Shown piece after piece: positions 36,979-49,312 of a DNA stretch of 64,000 nt. The position numbers and the translations under genes were made by a program. The stretch spans positions 1-64,000 of the forward strand of contig NW_021830031.1 in NCBI RefSeq assembly GCF_006345805.1, read 5' to 3'. Under the pieces are notes generated by a model. The model saw only the letters and a program-made list of their open reading frames with translations, did not search any database and was not told where the DNA came from. Within the stretch, counting starts at the first letter, position 1. Every line of letters begins with the position of its first letter. This stretch comes from Octopus sinensis (lineage: Eukaryota).

Positions 36979-38206
36979 CTAGCAACAACTGAATGAATCA
37001 TCATCATCATCATCATCATTATAAATAAGATAAATAGCTCCAGCTGTATTTGCAAATGTTCAAATTTGTATAAACTAAAGAAAAATATTGATCGTCTTCA
37101 ATGGTGAAACAGCAACAAAAAATATATAGGAAAATATAAGGAAAACGACAGAAAAAAAATTCAATAAGAGGTTTTTTCGCTATTTTCGCTTAAGGAAAAA
37201 TTTCTTTTGTTTTTGATACAAAAAAAAACCAATAAAATAAAGACGCCAAAATAGAAATTAAATGAAAAAGATTCAAGTTGTTTTTGGTTTGTTTTTATTT
37301 TTATTATTTTTGTTATCTTAAAATGAAATTTATATAAAAAAAAAATTTGAAAGAATTAATGTAAGAAAAAAAAGCAAAGAAAATAAGAAATATGTAATAA
37401 GTGTCTATTAGTTTAACGAATGTATTTTAGACAATTAAATGATTTTGTCAAAATGAAATTTTCAAGAAGAATTTCTGCGCAGTTTCATAAGAGACAGAAA
37501 CTAATCTGATGCTAACACATACAAGAACTCTCAGCATGGAATTAGCAAGAAATTGCAATGTAATATACAGAAACACACACACACACACACACACATACAC
37601 TTGTAATTAAGAGGTTGTTGTTTCTTAGAAATTACATTTCACCTGATGGAAATTAAGATGCAATTCATTATTGCCACATTTAACAGGTGAATTTTAGAAG
37701 ACAGGGAAAAAGACTAAAAAAAAAAACTTTAAAAAATCTAATAAAGAAGTGTTTTGTCTTTTTTCTGGTTATTGTTTTTTTGTTTTTATTTTCTTTCTTT
37801 TTTTTTGCTTATTTTTCTTCTTTTCTTCAACAGGTGTTTTATTCGAATTGCAAGAAATAATATGCCTGGATTTTGAAAAGAAAATAAAAAAATCAGATAA
37901 TCCCACAGGGAAAAAAATCTGACTTTAAGCAAAACCTTGTCAAGTCAACAAGAGAGTCTCTACATGGTCTCTCGATCAGCTAGAAATAGCAGACAAATCT
38001 TCCTCAAATCAATGATGATCAAGCAATTAGCTCTGACCATTAGCGCTTAGGCAGAGTTTGAACTCAGAAACCAAAGAGCCTGACTAGATCTTCAAGGCAT
38101 TTCATCCAATTCTTCAATAGTTCCTTTCCAGCATCTTTCTTTTTTTTTTTGGTTATTTTTAAAACAGGTGTTTTATTCATATGCAATAAAGAATACCTGG
38201 ATTTCA

Positions 38207-38800
38207 CATCATCATCATCATCATCGTTTAACGTCTGTTTTCCATGCTAGCATGGGTTGGACAGTTCGACCAGGATCTGGAAAGCCAGGAGGCTACACCA
38301 GGCTCCAGTCTGATCTAGTAGTGTTTCTACAGCTCGATGTCCTTCGTAATGCCAACCACTCCGTGAGTGTAGTGGGTACTTTTTACGTGCCACCGGCATA
38401 GGGGCCATAGGAGGATGGCAACGGCCATGATCGGTTGGTGCTTTTTAAGCGCCACCGGCACGGAAGCCAGCCAAGGCAGCACTGGCATCAGCCACGTTCG
38501 GATGGTGCTTTTTACATGCCACCAGCACGGGTATCACAACTACAATTTCCATTTGATTTTTATTTTCATGTTGATGTACTTGACTCAATAGGTCTCCTCC
38601 AGCACAGCAGGTCACCCTACGATCCAAGGTAAGCACAGCAGGCCGTCCTGTGATCCAAGGTACTTTGAATGGGCTGGGGATGGTTGTGTGAAGCTGGTGT
38701 AGGATACAGCCATGAACTCACTTTATTTGTTGGGTCCTCGCAGTCACAGCATATTTCCAGAGGTCTCGGTCCTTCGTCATTGCCTCTGTGAGGCTCGACA
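38207..38800 (-). mobile_element. RTE-LINE 3' fragment including the last ORF2 codons
   Basis: Minus strand LTEAMTKDRDLWKYAVTARTQQIK*, then the 3' UTR homologous to 35640-36175. Confidence 0.85.
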
Positions 38801-38806
38801 TTCGAT

Positions 38807-38855
<49 letters not shown>

Positions 38856-39149
38856 TATATATACATATATAAAATTTGATTTTAATCAAAACCTTGACAA
38901 GTCAGTATGAGTCATGGTGGCTCAATCTGCTAGAAATAGCAATCAAACTCTTGCAAATCATCTGTGGTCAGGTGATTAGCTCTGACCCTTGACAGCTAGG
39001 CAGCGTTTGAACTCAGAAAGCAGAGAGCCTGGACAGATGTTGTGAGATGCTTTGCCTAACATTCCAATAATTCTGCTAATCCACCCAGGATTAGTACTTA
39101 AGGTTGACCCATGAAAGAATAAAAGACACAGCTGACTTCAGTACGATTT

Positions 39150-39362
39150 GAACTGGCAAAAACGTTAGCATGCTGGGCAAAATGCTTAGCGGTATTTCAT
39201 CTGTCTTTATGTTCTGAGTTCATATTCCACTGACGTCAGCTTTGCCTTTCATCCTTTCAGGGTCAATAAATTAAGTACCAGTTGTGTACTGGGAATCAAT
39301 CTAATTGACTGCCCTACCTCCCCCAAAATTTCAGGCCTTGTGCCTAGAATAGAAAAGAATAT
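39150..39362 (+). mobile_element. SINE C1
   Basis: GCTTAGCGGTATTTC..TTTGCCTTTCATCCTTTCAGGGTCAATAAATTAAGTACCAG..GGCCTTGTGCCTAGAATAGAAAAG. Confidence 0.8.
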
Positions 39363-39404
39363 AACATTTGTTAATTTGCTACCTACAAATTTTAATAATG
39401 GTTA

Positions 39405-39905
39405 CTAATTTAGGCACAAGACCAGAAATTTTGAAGGGAGGGGTAGTCAGTCAATAACATCAACCCCAGTACTTGACCAGGACTTTGTTTTATCAACCCT
39501 GAAGGGATAAAGACAAAAGTTGATGTAGGATTTGAACTCAGAACGCTAAAGCCAGAACAACTACCACAATGTATTTAAGGACCAGTAATACACTTTGGTT
39601 ACTTCAACAGATGCTACACTTATCTTTAAACAAATTAGCCTAAAGAATCCAGCAAGGGAGCATTTAAAAAAATTTTTTTATTGCCTACAGGGGGCTATGC
39701 ATAGAGGGGACAAACAAGGACAGACAAAGGGATTAAATCGATTACATCGACCCCAGTGCATAACTTGTATTTATTTAATCGACCCCGATACAATGAAAGG
39801 CAAAGTCGACCTCTGTGGAATTTGAACTCAGAATGTAACACCAGAAGAAATACCACTAAGCATTTCACCCAGCATTCTAACGATTCTGACAGCTCACCAC
39901 CCTTG
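39405..39905 (-). mobile_element. Two SINE C copies (C1 39405-39580; C2-tail variant 39650-39905)
   Basis: Shared head TTTGAACTCAGAA. The second copy has the alternative tail GAGGGGGACAAACAAGGACAGACAAAGGGATT. Confidence 0.7.
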
Positions 39906-40484
39906 GTGGCCCTTTATCCCAGGGGTTCCCAACCATTTCTGCTCATGGATCCTTTGATTTTTATTTTACTGTATGGAACCTCCATAACCATTCAGTGTAT
40001 ATACAAAACATTCCAGTGTAATTTTATAATAAATGATATTAGGAATATTACAGGTGCAGGTGTGGTTGTGTGGCAAGAAGCTTGCTTTCCAATCACACGG
40101 TTCAGGGTTCAGTCCCACTGCATGGCACCATGGGCAAGTGTCTTCTACTACAGCCTCGGGCCAACCAAAGCCTTGTGTGTGGATTTGGTAGATGAAAACT
40201 GAACAGGATGATATTAATGAGAGAAGGCTAAAGATGCCCGCCGATCTTTGCTTCTCTAAAAACTGTGTGACACCTTGGGCAAGTGGATATGGTTGAGAGA
40301 AACTGAAAGAAGCCTGTCACACATGCACGTGCATGTGTGTGTGTGTGTGTGTGACCACATGTGCCATTGTCTTGGCATCATGTGGTGGTTATAACCAAGC
40401 ATCACCATCATATAAGTAAAATTGTCTATTTGCAGACTTCCACGATAAACATGTCTGGTCAAATATACATTTGGCATGGTACAG

Positions 40485-40960
40485 CTGCATAAAGAAGTGC
40501 TGAGCTCGAACTGTGGAAGGTACCTGTGAAAGGGGTAGACACAGGGAGATGTAGGACGAAGTGGTGAGAAAGGATCTTCAAACGCTGGGCTTCACTGGAG
40601 AAATGGCAAGGAATTGGGAGATGTGGTGATAAGATGCATCAAACTAAGTAAAATCGTTATCTTCCACTTATAGGATTGTCCTTTCAGGTGTGGGTGCCAC
40701 ATAAAAAGCACCCATGCTGATGGGTAAATGCACCCATGCTGATGGGTAAATGCACCCATGCTGGTGGCACTGAAAAAGCACCTAGCACACTCTGCTGAGT
40801 GGTTGGTGTTAGGAAGGGCATCCAGCCATAGAAACCATGCCACAACAGACAGTTGGAGTCTGGACAGCTCCCTTTGCTAGCCAACTCCATGTCAAACCGT
40901 CCAACCCGTGCCAGCATGGAAAGAGGACACTAAACAGTGATGATGATGATGATGAACGAC
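40485..40960 (+). mobile_element. Older RTE-LINE subfamily 3' fragment
   Basis: CIKKC*ARTVEGTCERGRHREM*DEVVRKDLQTLGFTGEMARNWEMW aligns to the LINE ORF2 end. The 3' UTR has a 21-bp triplication and a GAT tail. Confidence 0.75.
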
Positions 40961-41365
40961 GATGAGGATGATGAACAATAATGATGACAATGAATGACGA
41001 GGATGAAGATGATGAACAATGTTGATGAACAATGATGATGGTGCTGAATGATAATGATGATAATGATGATGAACGACGATGAGGATGATGAACAATAATG
41101 ATGACAATGAATGATGAGGATAAAGATGAATGATGATGGTGATGAACGATAATGATGATGATAATGAACAATAATGATGATGATGATGATGACAATGATA
41201 ATGATGAATATGAATGATGATGAATGATGGGTGATGACGATGAACGATGGGTGATGATGATGAACGATGGGTGATGATGAACGATGATGAAGATGATGAT
41301 GATCAATGGTGATGAATGATGATGATGATGAACACTGATGATGAACGATGATGATGATGATCGAT
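40940..41365 (+). repeat. (GAT)n-derived compound microsatellite continuing from the LINE tail
   Basis: Direct reading. Confidence 0.85.
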
Positions 41366-41924
41366 GATCGGAAACAAGTAAAAGTTGACGACAGGAGGGT
41401 CAACCAGCCGTAAACAATCCGTCTCAAACAACCGTCATAAGACCCATACAAGCATGGAAAAGCAGACATTCATTTTTGATGATGACATTCTTGCCTCTAG
41501 TCAAAAACCTTGTTCTTAGATCAAATCTTACTGGCTGAGTTATCTTCCCTTCCCATACATCCGGCATCAATCAAAATATCTTCTAGCAACTCTATAAACT
41601 CTCTTTACAAAAAATTGGCCTTCTGCCTAGCCAAGAAACCATTATGTAAAGTAAAAGAAACAGCATGACATGTGTTGATGTAGAAGAACGGATGGAACCT
41701 CTGTCGGTTTCAGTGATTAGTATTCCATTCGCTCAACCAACTGAACTGCCTGTATATTGAATTGTAATCTATGTGGATGAGCATCCCACAGAGAGCTAAC
41801 ACTCACATGCTACAAGAGGATTTTAGTGCCCTCTACAGGGATCATCTGACCAATGAGTGATTGTATGGAAACTGTCAAGAATCTTTCATACATCCTGGAT
41901 TTACGGTTTTATATGCCTGGCTCG

Positions 41925-42170
41925 TCATCGGTTACGATGACGGGTGTTCCTGTTGATCCGATCAACGGATCAGCCTGCTCGTGAAATTAACAGGCAAGTG
42001 GCTGAGTACTCCACAGACATGCGTACTGTTATCAAATTTCTAGGGAGATTCAGTGTAACACCGAATGTGTCGAGGTCAGCCCTTTAAATTACAAATACGA
42101 CTCAATTTTGCCAGCTGAGTGGATGGGAGCAACAGGAGGTAAAGAATCTTGCTCAAGGACAGAATGTGCA
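41925..42170 (-). mobile_element. SINE tail 2 with a partial D body
   Basis: GTTGATCCGATCAACGG..GTGAAATTAACAGGCAAGTGGCTGAGTACTCCACAGACATGCGTAC. Confidence 0.7.
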
Positions 42171-42522
42171 TCCATTTTGTAAGACCTTCTTCACTTAAAA
42201 CATTTCAAAACATGAAGCAATTGATGAAAATATTTCAATATATATATGGTCAGAACGCACACACAAACACACATACACAATGTGTTTCTTTTTATTTTGC
42301 ATCTATCAAATAAATCTACTCACAAGGCATTGGTCAGCCTGGGCCTATAGTATAAGGCCCTTATCCTAAGTGTCATACAATGCGACTGACCCTGGAACCA
42401 CATAGTTGTGAAGCAAACTTCTTTATCCCCTACCCCCTACATACATAAATATATATATATGGAATGGCGTTATTCATAATGCTAACCATTTTTCATGCTT
42501 TAGCCATTTATTATTATTATTT

Positions 42523-42869
42523 CAATTGCAGCGTGGAAGGTGTTTATAAGCCATTTAAGAAACACACAAAAGCCGTTCGATTCACTTCAACATTTAAGTT
42601 TAATTTGTCAAAATATTTTCGTCGCTAAAAGCCGCGACCTGTTCACTGACAAAAATCCGTGCTGCATCTCTTGATTTTTGTCAGTGAACAGGTCGCGGAT
42701 TTTAGCGACGAAAATATTTTGACAAATTAAACTTAAATGTTGAAGTGAATCGAACGGCTTTTGTGTGTTTCTTAAATGGCTTACAAACACCTTCCACGCT
42801 GCAATTGTTTTCGTTTCAGCACACGATCTCAGATCAAATTACTTGCTATGCGAGTACATCTCCGTAATA
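42523..42869. mobile_element. Near-perfect palindrome (135-bp arms, 15-nt loop), probably a foldback MITE missing its outer left end
   Basis: 42523-42657 versus 42673-42807, with 2 mismatches. Confidence 0.85.
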
Positions 42870-43799
42870 TTATTATTTCTTTTTGTATTAAACACACAAC
42901 TTTCTTCCTGGATGTCATCTAACATTGATTTTCGTCCACTATTTTCATTTTCACTTTTTCCTAATTATTCATGATTACGTAGTTGTTAATAGTGTAAATT
43001 AAAGCACAAACCCCTTTCATTGATGTCTGTAAAAAGCATAAATTATTTAGCGATGTCAAGTTATATAAAAGTGCTTTCTTTTCCGATCTAACTTTCTACA
43101 AAGAAATGAGAAACCATATATAACTTCCGAAATGTATATCGGATCAATGTTTTTACCATCAACACACGTATACTCTACTAAAGTTACCTTACAACCCTGC
43201 ACTTTTGATATGCTTAACCCCTTTTGCTCTAAATCTCATTGTTTCCCTTATTTCCTTTACTTAACTTTAATCATTATTTAGCTCATTTTGTTTATCCTTA
43301 TGGTATATATTTCGCAAAATTCGCCTCTTCCTTACGAGGCACACATCAAAAGAGCGTCAGGAACTTTATGTATAAATCGCGCGCATGTGCAAAGAAATTT
43401 CAACACAGCTATTGCTTGCGAATTGTAACCATTCCTACCATTCTTCAGGAATTTGACTGTCTTTGTATCGAATTGACCTCACCAAAGCGTTCCGACCCTA
43501 AATTCTAAAAACGTCGACCAAATAATGTACATCATTAATTATATTAGATTTTATTGAATATTATTTTATTGCATCAGCGATAGGCAAAATAATCAGACCG
43601 TCAACCATTGGTTTTCAAAAGGTTCTTGTTTCAGACCATAAACTCTTGAATTCCATGTCAAGTTCCCTTTCAAGAGTAAAAAATTCCTCTTCCACATTAG
43701 TTTGTATTAGTTGTCTAACGAAGCAGAGTATATAGGGTGCGTCAGCTATTTGAAAAATGTTTACCTTACGGTAAACAAAAATATCAGAAAAGCCAACAG

Positions 43800-43991
43800 A
43801 CGTGGTTCTATGGTAAGAAGCTTGCTTCCCAACCACATGACTCTTGGTTCAGTCCCAATGCGTGGCACCTTAGGCCAGTATCTTTTACTATAGCCTTGGG
43901 CTGACCAAAACCCTGTGAGTGGATTCTGTAGACGGAAACTGAAAGAAGCCCATCATATATATGTGTGTGTGTGTGTGTATATATATATATA

Positions 43992-44022
<31 letters not shown>

Positions 44023-44325
44023 TACACACACACACACAAGACTTACGGAATGGAATAAGATAAGATCCAAGATACATATGTTTCATAGCAAGCGTAACCT
44101 CAGAAGTGGTAAAAATCCAAGCAAGGTGTATACCACTGGCTACTCTTCAGGATTGCTTGAAGCTAACTTTCTTCCTACATCTTGATCCCTGGATCTTACA
44201 TATATATATATGTGTGTGTGTGTTTGCTCCCTATCACTGCTTGACAACCCATGCTGGTGTGTTTATTATTGCTAACTTAGCAGTTCAGTAAAAAAGACTG
44301 ATAAAATATCAAGCTTAAAAAAAGT
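43800..44325 (+). mobile_element. SINE A1 with an insertion (about 44040-44190) in its central microsatellite
   Basis: Head 43800-43960 and tail 44215-44325. The insert resembles one arm of the 4830-5140 element. Confidence 0.7.
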
Positions 44326-44330
44326 AGCCC

Positions 44331-44892
44331 ATCGGACACACAAAGACCTGTTGAGGCAAGCGAAGTCGATATCGAACCTCATCCGACGACAGGCACCTAT
44401 GCCTACCCCCCCTTGCTTGCGAAGACCTGTTGGGGCAAGTGAAATCGGAATCAAAATTGAACCAATCCTATGACTGGCACCTGGCAGATGCCAGGACCCC
44501 TGGACTGGAGATACGTAAAAAGCACTATCCGAATCGTGGCCGATGCCAGCACAGCCTCAACTGGCTTCCGTGTCGGTGGCACATAAAAAGCACCATCCGA
44601 ATCGTGGCCGAAGCCAGTGCCGCCTCGACCGGCTTCCGTGCAGGGGGCACGTAAAATGCACCAATCCAACCGTGGCCGATGCCAGCATCACCTGGCTCCA
44701 GTGCAGGTGACACGTAAAAAGCACCCACTACACTCACGGAGTGGTTGGCGTTAGGAAGGGCATCCAGCTGTAGAAACATTGCCAGATAAGACCGGAGCCT
44801 GGTGCAGCCTTCTGGCTTCCCAGATCCCCGGTCGAACCATCCAACCCATGCTAGCATGGAGAACGGACGTTAAAGGATGATGATGATGATGA

Positions 44893-44895
<3 letters not shown>
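44331..44895 (+). mobile_element. RTE-LINE 3' UTR fragment with four sub-repeats
   Basis: Repeated GCACGTAAAA(A)GCACCATCCGAATCGTGGCCGATGCCAG units, then the standard terminus and (GAT)n. Confidence 0.85.
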
Positions 44896-44954
<59 letters not shown>

Positions 44955-44956
<2 letters not shown>

Positions 44957-45270
44957 GCCAGTGGCACGTGAAAAACAACACTCGAGTGTGGTCGTTGCCT
45001 GAGCCACCAAACTGACTCCCGTCCAGGTAGCACCTATAAACACCTATTGGGCGTGGTCATTGCCAGAACCGCCTGACTGGTCCTCATGCTGGTGGTACGT
45101 AAAAGTACCCACTACACTCTCAGAGTGGTTGGCGTTAGGAAAGGCATCCAGCTGTAGAAACTCTGCCAGATCAGATTGAGCCTGGTGCAGCCTCTGGCTC
45201 ACCAGTCCTCACTCAAACCGTCCAACCCATGCCAGCATGGAACGCAGACGTTAAATGATGATGATGATAA
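44955..45270 (+). mobile_element. RTE-LINE 3' UTR fragment (variant sub-repeats)
   Basis: GGCGTTAGGAAAGGCATCCAGCTGTAGAAAC..GACGTTAAATGATGATG. Confidence 0.8.
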
Positions 45271-45551
45271 TATATATACATATATATTATGTCATATGTA
45301 AACAAACATAAGTTTGTTTTTGAAGCATTGAAATGTTTTGTAGAACAAGCAGAAAGAAATATTTTCTCAATATGCAAATACTGAACAGTTTATATAATAG
45401 ATAAAATCATTTTTAAGAGCAAATTTTTCTGCTCTTAAAAGGATTTTATCCTTTATATATACCGTTCAGTATTTATGTGTTGAAAAAAAATATATCATTC
45501 TACTTGTTCTATATACATACACACACACACACAGATAAATATATACATGCG

Positions 45552-45840
45552 TATAATAGGGATGACCACTAAGCGGACATCCAATATGCCAGAAGAAGAT
45601 CACCTACAATCTAACCACAAAGAAAAGAATGTTCTTCAGAGAAATTCAGCAAACACCAGAACATAAGCGGGTAAGACAGATGAATATATACAAAATACAG
45701 AATTCTGTGGTCATCCCTATTATACACATGTATTACAATTTTTCTGAATTTTCAGATTTTTCTATATGCTAGACTACTGGTTTTAAATTGATATTAATTA
45801 AATTAATATTCAATTTATCACTCTTATTATTTAAATTTAT
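45552..45840. mobile_element. Second, diverged copy of the 16213-16510 element
   Basis: TATAATAGGGATGACCAC / GTGGTCATCCCTATTATA inverted repeat plus the shared downstream flank. Confidence 0.7.
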
Positions 45841-45994
45841 TTATATATATATTTATATATATATATATATAAATAAATATATATATAATGGACATTAAAC
45901 GATGATGATGATATATATACATATATATACATATATACATACGTACACACACACATACGCCAAAACTGCAAAAACCATGCCAAAACTGACCCTG

Positions 45995-46186
45995 CCTGTG
46001 CTGGTGCCACATAAAAAGCACTTAGTCCACTCTGCTGAGTGGTTGGCATTTGGAAGGGCATCCAGCCATAAAAACTGTGTCAAAACAGAGAAAGTAACCT
46101 GGGGTAGTCTTCTACCTGGCTGGCTCCTGTCAAACCATCCAACCCATGCCGGCATAGAAGATAGACATTAAATGATGATGATGATA
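45995..46186 (+). mobile_element. RTE-LINE 3' end fragment
   Basis: GGAAGGGCATCCAGCCATAAAAAC..CCAACCCATGCCGGCATAGAAGATAGACATTAAATGATG. Confidence 0.75.
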
Positions 46187-46318
46187 AAGAGAGAGCAAAC
46201 GATAGTAGATCAACAAAAGATACACTCTGAAAAGAAGAAAGATAAACCAGCGCTTTCAGACAAAAGTCTTTTGTGATATTTCTTCCATTTGTGATATTTA
46301 TTCCAACAGAGTTGAGTG

Positions 46319-46362
<44 letters not shown>

Positions 46363-46479
46363 TCTTACTAACTGCAGTGAACAAGTGAATCATTTATTGG
46401 AAACCTGCAGCCAATGACAATATCACTCGCAAAGATGTGATATAAAACATGGAAACAATCAAGAGGCAAATTTAATACA

Positions 46480-46817
46480 CACAAACATATATATATATAT
46501 ACACACACACACATATACACAAGCATATATATAAACAGACACACATATATACATACACAAACACATATATACATACACACATATATACACAAACATATAT
46601 ATAAACAGACACACATATATACATACACAAACACATATATACACAGACACACATATATACATACACACACACATATATACATACACACACACATATATAC
46701 ACAAACACATATATAAACAGACACACATATATACACAGACACACATATATACATACACAAACACATATATACACAGACACACATATATACATACACACAC
46801 ACACATATATATATATA

Positions 46818-46850
<33 letters not shown>

Positions 46851-46852
46851 TA

Positions 46853-46920
<68 letters not shown>

Positions 46921-46932
46921 TATATGTGTGTG

Positions 46933-46967
<35 letters not shown>

Positions 46968-46980
46968 TATATATATATAT
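46480..46980. repeat. (TA)/(CA) compound microsatellite with higher-order units
   Basis: Recurring ACAGACACACATATATAC units. Confidence 0.9.
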
Positions 46981-46981
46981 A

Positions 46982-47736
46982 CATAGTTGCATTGCATACG
47001 AATAAACTTCAGCGAAACTAGATTCGGAGAGAGAGAAAAGAAGAAAGAGTGAGAGAAAAACACCTGCATTTCACAGGTCAAAATAAGATCAAGGAAAAAG
47101 AAGAAGAAAAAAACCATGTATTATGGATACGAATTATGAATGTAAAAATATCTTTCGAACAAACAAAGAAGGAAGAATACATGTAGCGTTTAGCATTGGA
47201 ATTTGCATGGTGGAAAAGTTGCAATTGGAAAAAAATGCAGTTTGGGTACAAAATTTACACTTTAAACAGGTGCAGTTGAAATGCAAGCGTAATTCTGCAT
47301 TTAGCTGATGAAATTACAATACAATAAGATGCATTTGGAATGACAAATGTAATTAAAAAGCAACATGTTATATTGTGTTCTTTCTTTCAGATAAGCAATT
47401 AAGATGCAAAAAAAGAAGCGAAAATCAAGTGATTGCATTTTATCAGATGAAGTTAGGGTTAGAAAATGCATTACGACATGAGGTTGGGGTGCAATAAATA
47501 TGCATTTAAAACTGCACCAGAGATATTAGAAGAAGAAGAAAAATCAAATCCAACGTTTTTAATACGTTGGTGCGGTTGTAAGGTAAGAAGTATGCTTCTC
47601 AATCACAGGATGTCAGGCTCAATCCCAGGGTGTGGCACCTGGGCGAGTGTCTTCTTCTATAGCCCTGGGCTGACCAAACAAAGCCTTGCGAGTGGATTTG
47701 GTAGACAAACTGAAAAAAGTACATTTTGCTTGTATA

Positions 47737-47776
<40 letters not shown>

Positions 47777-48530
47777 CACATAGTTGCATTGCATACGAAT
47801 AAACTTCAGCGAAACTAGATTCGGAGAGAGAGAAAAGAAGAAAGAGTGAGAGAAAAACACCTGCATTTCACAGGTCAAAATAAGATCAAGGAAAAAGAAG
47901 AAGAAAAAAACCATGTATTATGGATACGAATTATGAATGTAAAAATATCTTTCGAACAAACAAAGAAGGAAGAATACATGTAGCGTTTAGCATTGGAATT
48001 TGCATGGTGGAAAAGTTGCAATTGGAAAAAAATGCAGTTTGGGTACAAAATTTACACTTTAAACAGGTGCAGTTGAAATGCAAGCGTAATTCTGCATTTA
48101 GCTGATGAAATTACAATACAATAAGATGCATTTGGAATGACAAATGTAATTAAAAAGCAACATGTTATATTGTGTTCTTTCTTTCAGATAAGCAATTAAG
48201 ATGCAAAAAAAGAAGCGAAAATCAAGTGATTGCATTTTATCAGATGAAGTTAGGGTTAGAAAATGCATTACGACATGAGGTTGGGGTGCAATAAATATGC
48301 ATTTAAAACTGCACCAGAGATATTAGAAGAAGAAGAAAAATCAAATCCAACGTTTTTAATACGTTGGTGCGGTTGTAAGGTAAGAAGTATGCTTCTCAAT
48401 CACAGGATGTCAGGCTCAATCCCAGGGTGTGGCACCTTGGGCGAGTGTCTTCTTCTATAGCCCTGGGCTGACCAAACAAAGCCTTGCGAGTGGATTTGGT
48501 AGACAAACTGAAAAAAGTACATTTTGCTTG
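46982..48530 (+). repeat. 797-bp direct tandem duplication (46982-47732 and 47779-48530)
   Basis: The duplicated ORFs 47123 and 47920 are identical. The only difference I saw is CACCTGGG versus CACCTTGGG. Both copies end in a SINE A head and (TA)n. Confidence 0.95.
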
Positions 48531-48544
48531 TATATATATATATA

Positions 48545-48905
48545 TCATCATCATCATCGTTTAACGTCCGTTTTCCATGCTAGCATGGGTTGGACGGTTC
48601 GACCGGGGTTTGGGAAGCCAGGAGGCTGCACCAGGCTCCATTTTGATCTGGCAGTGTTTCTACAGCTGGAGGCCCTTCCTAATGCCAACCACTCCGTGAG
48701 TGTAGTGGGTGCTTTTTACGTGCCAGACAAGGCTGGCAAACAGCCACAATCGGATGGTGCTTTTTACGTGCCACCAGCATAGGTGCCAGGGGAGTCTGGC
48801 AGCGGCCACGATCGGTTGGTGCTTTTTACGTGCCACCGGCACAGAAGCCAGTCAAGGCGGCGCTGGCATCAGTCACGTTCGGATGGTGCTTTTTACGTGC
48901 CACGG
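48545..48905 (-). mobile_element. RTE-LINE 3' UTR fragment
   Basis: Reverse complement of 35870-36175. Confidence 0.85.
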
Positions 48906-49312
48906 AGTGGGGAATGAGAGAAAGACATATATATACATACATACACACACACACACATATACATCATCATATATGTGTGTGTGTGTAGTAAAGATTGTTT
49001 GCCAACATAACATGGCAGTCTTGGTTTAGGAATAATGTTGTATTTTAGCCCCAGGAAACATTTGTCTCCAGCTGGCTATACAACATGATCTGTGTCCTTA
49101 TAGCCAGTTGGAGATGATGTCTCCTGGGACTAAATTACAGCAATATTAGTCCTAAACCAGGGCTGCCATGTTATGTTGGTAAACAAACCTTACTACAAAG
49201 TACTGTTGCTGAATATCTCATGTTGTGAGATTTAGAAATAGTAATTTTACATATATATATATATATATATATATTGATAATTAGATAAGATCTGGGATAG
49301 TGATTACATAAT

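Noticed and set aside
47305-47361. Hammerhead-like CTGATGA followed by an AATTACA/TGTAATT stem
   Set aside because: The required GAAA after stem II is AAAA, and I found no convincing stems I and III.
47453-47463. TTAGGGTTAG telomere-like motif
   Set aside because: It is a single short occurrence, expected by chance.
47123-48105. Identical 61-aa ORF pair
   Set aside because: The identity comes from the 797-bp duplication; the peptide is short and unrecognised.
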